A stretch of 64,000 nt of DNA from Dehalococcoidia bacterium (GTDB lineage Bacteria > Chloroflexota > Dehalococcoidia > Lucifugimonadales > CAZENU01), in the NCBI GenBank assembly GCA_965261815.1, contig CBDHDR010000002.1, positions 2,000,143-2,064,142 on the forward strand, written 5' to 3'. Positions within the stretch are counted from its first letter, which is position 1, and every line of letters begins with the position of its first letter. A program made the translations under genes and the position numbers. Below, one piece after another: positions 27,991-37,354 of this stretch. The notes under the pieces were generated by a model. It was given only the letters and a program-made list of their open reading frames with translations. It was not told where the DNA came from and did no database searches.

Positions 27991-28968
27991 CTAGGCCATG
28001 GGTATGTCTACCGCCTGCCCGGTCTCGTGGGACTTGTGCAGCGCGAGGGCGGCCTCCAGCGACGCTCTGCCGTCCTGGCCGGTCATGATCGGCGGGCGGC
28101 CCTCTATGATGCTGGCGACGAATTCTTCAGTCTCGGCGCCGCGGTCCTGCGCGCCCACGTCGATGGTCTGCCAGCCGCCTTTCCCCAGCCGCACATCGCC
28201 GCCTGCCACCTCGATCATCCCCTTGGTCCCGACGAACCGCCACTCACCCCGGTTCGCGCCGGGGTCGGAGTTGCCCTCCAGCACGACGGCGAAGGCGCCT
28301 CCCGCGAACTTGAAGGCCCCGATGCCGTTGTCCTCGCCGTCTCCCGTCGAGACGTAGTTGCCCATTCCGGCGCTGTACGCCTGCGAGAAGTCGTCGCCGG
28401 CGAACCACCTGATCTGGTCGGTGAAGTGCGTGCCTTCCCATACCCAGAACCCGCCTCCCTGCGCGAGCCAACGCGACCACGCTTCGTGCCGCTTGCCGTA
28501 GGGTGGCTTCAACCGCGTCCAGCTTATCCAGATCAGCTCCCCGATCTCGCCCGCGTCGAGCAGCTCCTTGGCCTTCCGGTCGCCGGGGTTGAATCGCCAC
28601 GTCTGAGCGTACATCAGATTTACGCCGGTCTTCTCGGCCGCCGCGATCATCCGGTCGCACTGCTGCAGCGTCACCGCGAAGGGCGTCGCCACCATGACGT
28701 GCTTCCCGGCCTCCGCCGCGGTGATTGCCGGAGCTGCGTGGTGGGCCGAGGGCGTGACGATATCGACCGCGTCGACGGCCGGGTCCTTCACCAGCTCCTC
28801 GACGCTCGTGTACGCCTTGACCCCGTGCTCGGAAGCCACCGCCTCCGCCCGCTCCGGCACGACGTCGCACACCGCGACCAGCTCGGCGTTGTCTTTGGCC
28901 GTGTACCTTCCGGCCTGGCCCCGCCCCCTGCCGCCGGTGCCTACTACTGCCACGCCTATCTTTGCCAT
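27991..28968 (-). CDS. Gfo/Idh/MocA family oxidoreductase (tandem paralog B)
   Basis: Same length and architecture as 26967..27944. Offset by exactly 1024 bp. Confidence 0.85.
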   Translation of the reverse strand: MAKIGVAVVGTGGRGRGQAGRYTAKDNAELVAVCDVVPERAEAVASEHGVKAYTSVEELVKDPAVDAVDIVTPSAHHAAPAITAAEAGKHVMVATPFAVTLQQCDRMIAAAEKTGVNLMYAQTWRFNPGDRKAKELLDAGEIGELIWISWTRLKPPYGKRHEAWSRWLAQGGGFWVWEGTHFTDQIRWFAGDDFSQAYSAGMGNYVSTGDGEDNGIGAFKFAGGAFAVVLEGNSDPGANRGEWRFVGTKGMIEVAGGDVRLGKGGWQTIDVGAQDRGAETEEFVASIIEGRPPIMTGQDGRASLEAALALHKSHETGQAVDIPMA

Positions 28969-29021
28969 CTACAGCTCCTTCTTGGGGCTTCGGCCCCGCG
29001 CCCGCGGGACCGGCTCGCCGT

Positions 29022-29342
29022 CTATCTCAGGACCGACTTCGGCGTCGGCTCCAGGCGCGTGATGACGGACTGCTCGCGTTCAATGTACTCGGGAACCCGG
29101 GGGCCGATGTCGTTGAGCCAGGTGTCGCTCTGGTAGACGGCCTCGTACAGCCGCTCGCGCTCCGCCTCCGAGTCGAACCGGCGTATCCAAACGTACAGGT
29201 CCTCTTCCTCTTCGCCCACCCAGCTACCCGCGATCACCATGCCCTGGGAGACCTGGAACGGGATGATCTCCGTCTCCATGAAGGACACCCAGGCGTCGCG
29301 CTTGCCCGGCTTCATCCTGTACTGCCGCAGCTCGAAAAGCAT
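29022..29342 (-). CDS. NIPSNAP family protein
   Basis: MLFELRQYRMKPGKRDAWVSFMETEIIPFQVSQGMVIAGSW is a typical NIPSNAP dimeric alpha-beta barrel. ATG 29342 is preceded by AAGGAGG. The track start at 29390 is rejected. Confidence 0.75.
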   Translation of the reverse strand: MLFELRQYRMKPGKRDAWVSFMETEIIPFQVSQGMVIAGSWVGEEEEDLYVWIRRFDSEAERERLYEAVYQSDTWLNDIGPRVPEYIEREQSVITRLEPTPKSVLR

Positions 29343-29478
29343 ATCGTTCCTCCTTGCGTCGCGGTCTTGCGGCCGCGAGATACGAAGCACGACCGCAGGT
29401 CAGAACGGTATCAGCATGGCGGCGGGTGTTCAAGACGCGTGGTAAACGTCGGCCCCACCCGAAGACTGAGTTGTGCGG

Positions 29479-29525
29479 GCCCTTCGATACACCCCGACGA
29501 AGCGTCGGGGCACTCAGGGCGAACG
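29479..29525 (-). repeat. REP2 palindromic element, copy 2 (inverted relative to copy 1)
   Basis: GCCCTTCGATACACCCCGACGAAGCGTCGGGGCACTCAGGGCGAACG is the reverse complement of 10303-10349 with 1-2 differences. Confidence 0.6.
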
Positions 29526-29588
29526 GATCGCGCGGGACGGCCCCACCTCTAAGACCCGGCGGCGGGAACGGGCCCGGAGAGAAGGGGG

Positions 29589-31484
<1,896 letters not shown>

Positions 31485-31688
31485 TTGTTCCTCGTAACGG
31501 TGAAGAATGCGAAGACTGGGTGCGGAGGACGCCAGCCCTCAATGTCCATGTTAACCCAAAGGGACTTTCCGGCGCAAAAGCGCCACAGGGTGTAACTCTG
31601 GCGACTTGAAGGACTCCGGCCCGCTCCGAGTGCCCCGTGGCGCCCGCCCGTAACTGTTGAAGGCATGAGGGGCCCACACAGCCCGATG

Positions 31689-31733
31689 ACCCTGAGTAGC
31701 ACCGGTGCAGCGTCGGGGTACTCGGGCGAACGG
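31689..31733 (-). repeat. REP2-related element, degenerate copy 3
   Basis: ACCCTGAGTAGCACCGGTGCAGCGTCGGGGTACTCGGGCGAACGG shares ...GCGTCGGGG.ACTC.GGGCGAACGG.TCG with 29495-29530. Confidence 0.4.
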
Positions 31734-31792
31734 GTCGTGCGGCAACGTCCCCACCCCTACCCATACTTCGATGCTTATAGCACCATGGTCCC

Positions 31793-32160
31793 AAATCCCC
31801 CACCTCCGTCGTTCCCGCGAAGGCGGGAACCCATCCCCGACAGGGTGCACCACTATGACACCGGAAGCAGTCCGTCACGCCCCCCGACCCAATCAGGTGG
31901 GGAATCTAGGCCAACCCAAATTCCCCACCCCCGTCGTTCCCGCGAAGGCGGGAACCCATCCCCGACAGGGTGCGCCACTATGACACCGGAAGCAGTCCGT
32001 CACGCCCCCCGACCCAATCAGGTGGGGAATCTAGGCCAACCCAAATTCCCCACCCCCGTCGTTCCCGCGAAGGCGGGAACCCATCCCCGACAGGGTGCAC
32101 CACTATGACACCGGAAGCAGTCCGTCACGCCCCCCGACCCAATCAGGTGGGGAATCTAGG
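31793..32160 (+). repeat. three head-to-tail copies (period 125 bp) of a 111-bp REP1/MITE-like element with 10-bp terminal inverted repeats
   Basis: The elements span 31795-31905, 31920-32030 and 32045-32155. Each runs from ATTCCCCACC (copy 1: ATCCCCCACC) to GGTGGGGAAT and is separated by CTAGGCCAACCCAA. The internal palindrome is GTTCCCGCGAAGGCGGGAAC. Confidence 0.85.
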
Positions 32161-32245
32161 ATGGTCGCGTCGTGTTGACCGGAGCCGACACTGGTGTTAC
32201 CGTCAACGGCGCCGCAGCTAGGGACGGTCGAAGAGGGTCGGGCGG

Positions 32246-33241
32246 ATGGTCAATGTGGTGCTCATAGGCGCTGGCAACGTGTCGCGGAGTCACGTCGCGG
32301 CGTGGCGGAACGCCCGGGGCGCACGCGTCGTCGGTGTGGCCGACATGGCGCCGGAGCTGGCCGCGAAGGCCGCAGCCGATCTCGGCGCGGAGCGGGCGGC
32401 CGACGACTACCGGGAGTTGCTCAGCTTGCCGGACGTGGACGCCGTCGACATCTGCACCACCGAGAACACCCACGGCGGGATTGCCGTCGACGCGGCCGAG
32501 CGCGGCAAGCACATTCTCGTTGAGAAGCCCATCGCCACGACGCTGGAGGACGCCGACCGGATGATCGACGCGGCCGCGGCGAACGGCGTCAAGCTGATGG
32601 TCGCCCACACGCACCGGTTCTACGACTACAGCCGCGCGGCGAAGGACGCCATAGACGCCGGCGAGATCGGCACGCCCGTCTACGTTCGGTTCGTCGTAGG
32701 CTCGGGGTCATGGAACCAGGACTGGACCGGCACCCGGGTCAGCCCCGGCGACACAGGCGGCAACGTGGTCACGAACGGCGTCCATCTGGCGGACACGCTG
32801 AACTTCTGGCTCGGCGCCAGGCCGGTCTCGGTTTACGCCCAGGCGCGGAACATCACGTCGTCCCACCTCAAGATGGACGACTACTTCATGCTCACGCTTC
32901 GCTACGAGAACGGCGCCATAGGCGTCTGCGAGCTCAGCCGGGCGAACATGCCGCGCTCCAACGAGTTCGAGTCGCTGATGATCCTGGGCACGGAAGGCGA
33001 GCTCAGCTCCGGGACCCAGCACTCCAGCCTGTGGAGCTACGGCGACCACGGACTGACGTTCGGCCAGGCCGACGGGCAGCGCGGGTTCGACGCCGAGATA
33101 CAGGCGTTCGTCGACTCGCTGGCTGAGGGGAAGGCGCCTCCCGTGTCGGGCGCGGACGGCCGCCTGGCGTTGGAGATGTGTCTCGCGGGGCAGAGGTCGA
33201 TAGCTTCCGGCGAGGTTGTGATGCTGAGTGAGGCGGGTTGA
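32246..33241 (+). CDS. Gfo/Idh/MocA family oxidoreductase
   Basis: VNVVLIGAGNVSRSH... Rossmann N-terminus and the EKPIA motif (HILVEKPIATTL). Length 331 aa. Confidence 0.85.
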   Translation: MVNVVLIGAGNVSRSHVAAWRNARGARVVGVADMAPELAAKAAADLGAERAADDYRELLSLPDVDAVDICTTENTHGGIAVDAAERGKHILVEKPIATTLEDADRMIDAAAANGVKLMVAHTHRFYDYSRAAKDAIDAGEIGTPVYVRFVVGSGSWNQDWTGTRVSPGDTGGNVVTNGVHLADTLNFWLGARPVSVYAQARNITSSHLKMDDYFMLTLRYENGAIGVCELSRANMPRSNEFESLMILGTEGELSSGTQHSSLWSYGDHGLTFGQADGQRGFDAEIQAFVDSLAEGKAPPVSGADGRLALEMCLAGQRSIASGEVVMLSEAG

Positions 33242-33243
33242 AG

Positions 33244-34251
33244 ATGGGCACCGACAGAATCGGCGTGGCGATCATCAGCCTCTCCGGCCAGCAGGGCACC
33301 TACGCTCAGGCCCTCTATGACAACCCGAGGGTCGACGTGGTGGCGGTCACGGACGACGACCCTCCGGCCGCGGAGGCGCAGGTCAACCGCGCTTGGGCCG
33401 ACGAGCACGGCGCGTCGTTCATTCCGGACCTGGAGGAGGTGCTGGCGCGCGACGACGTCCAGGCTGTCAGCCTGTGCAGCGCGATCGAGCGCCGGGTCGC
33501 GCTGGTGGAGAAGGCTGCCGCGGCCGGCAAGCACATCCTGGCCGACAAACCGCTGACGGAGACGCTGGCCGACGGCGACGCGATCATCGAGGCGGTGGAC
33601 CGCGCGGGCGTCAAGATGATGGTCGGTCACAACTTCACCTTCAACCCGGCCATCCTGTCCGCCCGCGAGTCGCTGAAGCGGGGAGACGTCGGGCTGCCGT
33701 GGGCGATCCACTCCGAGTGGGTGATCGCCACGGGCCGCCAGGCCGCATCCATCGGCGAGCTGCGCAACCACGGGATGTACCCCCTCGACGCGATTCTCTA
33801 CCTCGTCCCGGAGAAGGTGCGGAGCGTCTACGCCATCACCGGCACCTACTTCTTCGACAACGCCAGGGAGGCCGGCGTCGAGGACATGGCGTTCATCACG
33901 ATGGAGATGGACCGCGGCATCATCGCGACGACGTCGCTGGGCAGGACGCCGATCGCCCATACGAACGGCTACGGCGGCGACCAGACGATCAGGGTGATGG
34001 GCACCCACGGGATGCTGTTCCTCGACGCGAACCGGCCGAGTTGGACGGCCCACGGCCGTTCGGGCGCCTCGAACGTGACGTACGGCCCTGCGCAGCCGGA
34101 CGCCATGGTGGAGCACTTCGTCTCCTGCATCTTGGAGGACAGGCAGCCGATGTGCAGTCCCAGGGACGCCCGCAACGCCCTCGAGATCACGCTGGCCGCG
34201 CTCCAGTCGTCGCGAGAGCACCGGGTCGTGCACCTTCCGCTCCCGGCTTAG
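33244..34251 (+). CDS. Gfo/Idh/MocA family oxidoreductase
   Basis: IGVAIISLSGQQG..., HILADKPLTETL (EKP-type motif). ATG 33244, or TTG 33238 overlapping the upstream stop. Confidence 0.8.
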   Translation: MGTDRIGVAIISLSGQQGTYAQALYDNPRVDVVAVTDDDPPAAEAQVNRAWADEHGASFIPDLEEVLARDDVQAVSLCSAIERRVALVEKAAAAGKHILADKPLTETLADGDAIIEAVDRAGVKMMVGHNFTFNPAILSARESLKRGDVGLPWAIHSEWVIATGRQAASIGELRNHGMYPLDAILYLVPEKVRSVYAITGTYFFDNAREAGVEDMAFITMEMDRGIIATTSLGRTPIAHTNGYGGDQTIRVMGTHGMLFLDANRPSWTAHGRSGASNVTYGPAQPDAMVEHFVSCILEDRQPMCSPRDARNALEITLAALQSSREHRVVHLPLPA

Positions 34252-34336
34252 GGCTGCGGTTACGCCGGACCAGCGCACCCGCGGTCGGGGTTCCATCGAG
34301 TTGTACACCCTATGGGATGACATGTGCACCCTGTAG

Positions 34337-34615
34337 ATGTATACTCTCGGTGTGGAGTTTGAGTGGGACGAGGCCAAGCGCAGGGAGGCTCTGGAAAAGC
34401 GCGAAATCGACTTTGGGTCGATGACACACTTCGAGTGGGCCACGGCTCTGATTCGGTCCAGCGACCGGCACGGTGAGTCCCGATGGGCGGCGATCGGATA
34501 CATGGGGAGCCACCTTTACCACGTCGTTTACACAGAGCGCAGAGGCCGGTGCCGGGTTATCAGCCTGCGCAGGGCGAACTCTCTGGAGAGGAGGGAGTAT
34601 GAGTACCACAACTGA
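34337..34615 (+). CDS. brnT: BrnT family toxin (DUF497-type ribonuclease toxin)
   Basis: FEWDEAKRREALEKREIDFGSM...ESRWAAIGYMGSHLYHVVYTERRGRCRVISLRRANSLERREY follows the BrnT consensus (FEWDxxK...E.R...G....vVyt.R....RiIS.R.A...E...Y). Confidence 0.8.
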   Translation: MYTLGVEFEWDEAKRREALEKREIDFGSMTHFEWATALIRSSDRHGESRWAAIGYMGSHLYHVVYTERRGRCRVISLRRANSLERREYEYHN

Positions 34616-35171
34616 AGTTGGGAGCCTCTCGTTTCTGGAGAGGGCCCGGTCCGAACTGGCCAGGACCGGCGCGGCCGTCACGTTCGACGAGCTCGTTGCG
34701 GGCCCACTGACAGAGATCGTGATCAAGGAGATGTACGGGGAGGAGACCGCCATCAACGTGGGGATCGCACGGGACCCGGACGACTACGAGAAGGACGCGG
34801 AGTGGTTCAGGCACGCCCGTCCCGCCAGCGAGGTGGCCCCCGAACTGGTGGAGGCGTACCGCCGCGGGGAGATACGCCTCGCTCCGGGTCTCGCGCCGGC
34901 GCAGCCGGTCCCGCCTGGCGCGACGCTGAGGCACGAGCTCGCGGCCCGGGGCATGAGCCAACGGAAGCTGGCAAGGGCGATGGGACGGCCCGTGCAGGCC
35001 GTCAACAGCATCGTGCTTGGACGCAAGGCCCTCACGCCGCGCACCGCATTGGAGCTCGAACGTGTGCTCGGGATCCCGGCGCACGTCTGGACGAGACTGG
35101 AGGCCGACTACCGTCTCGCCCTGGAGCGGGCGCGAGGCGACGGTGGAGTCCCCGTAGAACCAAGCAGCTAG
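34599..35171 (+). CDS. fused antitoxin: BrnA/DUF4415-like N-terminal part plus HigA-type (XRE) helix-turn-helix C-terminal domain
   Basis: ATG 34599 overlaps the brnT 3' end by 17 nt. The N-terminal half has DPDDYEKDAEWFRHARPASEVAPELVEAYRRGE (BrnA-like). The C-terminal half PGATLRHELAARGMSQRKLARAMGRPVQAVNSIVLGRKALTPRTALELERVLGIPAHVWTRLEADY is HigA-like. Confidence 0.65.
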   Translation: MSTTTEVGSLSFLERARSELARTGAAVTFDELVAGPLTEIVIKEMYGEETAINVGIARDPDDYEKDAEWFRHARPASEVAPELVEAYRRGEIRLAPGLAPAQPVPPGATLRHELAARGMSQRKLARAMGRPVQAVNSIVLGRKALTPRTALELERVLGIPAHVWTRLEADYRLALERARGDGGVPVEPSS

Positions 35172-35179
35172 GAAACCCC

Positions 35180-35329
35180 AATTCCCCATCTCCGTCATTC
35201 CCGCGAACAGCCTGCCCCCGCGTAGGCGGGGGCGGGAATCCATCCCCGACAGGATCCACCACTATGACACCACTATGACACCGGAAGCAGTCCGTCACGC
35301 CCCACCGGCCCGATCAGGTGGGGAATCCA
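35180..35329 (+). repeat. REP1/MITE-like element, expanded copy (146 bp)
   Basis: Runs from ATTCCCCATC (35181) to GGTGGGGAAT (35317-35326). It carries a 25-bp insertion inside the palindrome and an 11-bp internal duplication (CACTATGACAC twice). Confidence 0.75.
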
Positions 35330-35359
35330 GGGAAAGCTGAACCGCAGGAGGAGACACAC

Positions 35360-36085
35360 GTGCGACCCAACAAGATACTCGCCCGGATGCGTGAGGGCAG
35401 GCCGGCGACCGGCAGCCAGCTCGCCTTTCCGTCGGCGGCGCTGATCGACCTGATGGGCGTGGCCGGGCTCGACTTCGTCATCCTCGACGGAGAGCACGGG
35501 ACGTTCTCGTGGGAGAGCCTGGAAGACATGTGCCGCGTGGCCGACCTCGCCGGCGTCACGACCATCGCCCGGGTGCCCAACATCGAGGAGTCGACCATCC
35601 TGCGCTACCTCGACCGGGGCGTGCAGGGCATCCTCGGCCCCGGGATCGACACCGGGGAGCAGGCGCGGCAGCTCGTCGACGCGTGCTACTACGCGCCGCT
35701 CGGCAGGCGCGGGCTCGGCGGAGCGCCGCGCGCCGCCGACTACGTCAATCTGGCCGGTCGCGAGTACCTCGACGGCGCGAACCGCGAGATGCTGGTCGTG
35801 GCCTTCCTGGAGCACGCCGAGGCGCTGGAAAACCTGGACGACATCCTGGCCGTGGACGGCATCCACGCCTACTACGTCGGGCCGCAGGACATGTCGGTGT
35901 CGTTGGGGCTGGGCGGCCAGCCGCACCACCCACGGATCGAGGAAGTGACCGAGCAGGTGAAGCAGGCCGCGGAGGCTGCGGGCAAGCGCTACTTCGGCGA
36001 CATGGTCGTCGCGGACCGGGCCACCAACTTCTTCCTCAAGGGCATCGAGGTCTGGCTGGACGAGAACCGAGGCAGGCTCGCCTGA
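35360..36085 (+). CDS. HpcH/HpaI family aldolase
   Basis: GSQLAFPSAALIDLMGVAGLDFVILDGEHG...ARVPN...LGRRGLGG...VGPQDMS are typical of 2,4-dihydroxyhept-2-enedioate-type aldolases. GTG 35360 lies after GCAGGAGGAG. Confidence 0.8.
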   Translation: MRPNKILARMREGRPATGSQLAFPSAALIDLMGVAGLDFVILDGEHGTFSWESLEDMCRVADLAGVTTIARVPNIEESTILRYLDRGVQGILGPGIDTGEQARQLVDACYYAPLGRRGLGGAPRAADYVNLAGREYLDGANREMLVVAFLEHAEALENLDDILAVDGIHAYYVGPQDMSVSLGLGGQPHHPRIEEVTEQVKQAAEAAGKRYFGDMVVADRATNFFLKGIEVWLDENRGRLA

Positions 36086-36240
36086 TCGGGCGTGGTAACA
36101 TATCCGGTAGAAGTCAGATGACCACTGCATTGACTCCCCAGAGCGGCACGATGATGAGCAGCGCCATGGCTATGCGCCATGGCCGCACGACGTTGGGGAG
36201 GACGTAGCGCACGTTAGCGCGACAGCAGTCTGTTTCACGA

Positions 36241-36271
36241 GGGCCTCCCGAACGGGAGGCCTTTTCTATTT
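36241..36271 (+). terminator. intrinsic-terminator-like hairpin 25 nt upstream of the metG start (possible attenuator)
   Basis: GGCCTCCC (36242-36249), loop GAAC, GGGAGGCC (36254-36261), then TTTTCTATTT (36262-36271). Confidence 0.55.
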
Positions 36272-36294
36272 CCGGCGATATGGGAGAAGTTCCA

Positions 36295-37285
36295 ATGAAC
36301 CACACCAGCTACATAACGACCCCCATCTACTACGTGAACGACGAGCCTCACCACGGGCACGCCTACACGACGGTGCTCGGCGACGTCCTGGCGCGGTACG
36401 CCCGTCTTCGGGGCCGCGACGCGTTCCTGCTGGTCGGGACCGACGAACATGGGCAGAAGGTGCAGGACGCGGCCCGCGCCAGCGGCGTCGACCCTCAGAC
36501 CCAGGCGGACCGGCTCGTGGTCAAGTTCCGAGAGGCCTGGCGAGGGCTGCACGTCGAGTACGACGACTTCATCCGCACGACCGAGGAGCGGCACCGGCTC
36601 GTGGTCACCGCGGTCCTCCAGCGCCTCTGGGACAAGGGCGAGATCTACCGGGGCGAATACGAGGGTTGGTACTGCGTTCCTGACGAGCGGTTCTGGACCG
36701 ACAAGGACGTGATCGATCGTCAGTGCCCCGACTGCGGGCGCCCTGTGGAGTGGCTGTCTGAGCAGAACTACTTCTTCCGCATGGGCAAACACCGGGAGTG
36801 GCTGATCGAGCACGTCGAGACGCACCCCGACTTCATCCTGCCGGAGAACCGGCGCAATGAGGTGCTCGGCTATCTGCGCCGGCCCCTGGGCGACCTGTGC
36901 ATCTCGCGGCCGGCCGCGCGCGTCGGCTGGGGGATCCCTCTGCCGTTCGATCCCGCCTACGTCACGTACGTCTGGTTCGACGCGCTGCTGCTGGTGATCG
37001 ACGCGATCGGCGGCGTCAACCGCTACGTCGAGCCCGCCGCGCCCTTGGCGGCCGCGAAAGAGGGCCGCAGATGACGTGGAAGCGGTGCTGTACCACGCGG
37101 CCGAGGCGCTCCGGCTCGCGTCGGTGCTCCTGTGGCCCATAATGCCCGAGCGGATGGCCGAGCTATGGCGCCGCCTCGGCTGGGATGCGCCGACCCCGCT
37201 GCCGGAGGGGCTCTCCTGGGGAGGACTCGCGCCGGGTACGCCGGTGGCGTCCGGCTCGCCCCTCTTCCCGCGGCTCGATGAGTGA
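36295..37285 (+). pseudogene. metG: methionine--tRNA ligase pseudogene (large internal deletion plus frame break)
   Basis: The N-terminal half is intact (YITTPIYYVNDEPHHGHAYT, CPDCGRPVEWLSEQNYFFRM, VTYVWFDALL). After nt ~36990 the sequence jumps to the anticodon-domain segment ...NRYVEPAAPLAAAKEG. There is a stop at 37072-37074 and a frame change into EAVLYHAAEALRLASVLLWPIMPERMAELWRRLG (37076-37285). No KMSKS motif is present anywhere. About 329 codons remain, against more than 500 expected. Confidence 0.8.
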
Positions 37286-37354
37286 GCGGCGTGGCAGCAT
37301 AGGGCGGGCGCGCTGCCCGATGCCCGCCGCTCGGCTCCGCGTCTGTGAGACCTT

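Noticed and set aside
36114-36305. 63-aa minus-strand ORF in the metG leader (hydrophobic tail ..RIAMALLIIVPLWGVNAVVI)
   Set aside because: It overlaps the terminator hairpin and the metG start, has no ribosome-binding site, and matches no small membrane protein family I know. It is probably fortuitous.
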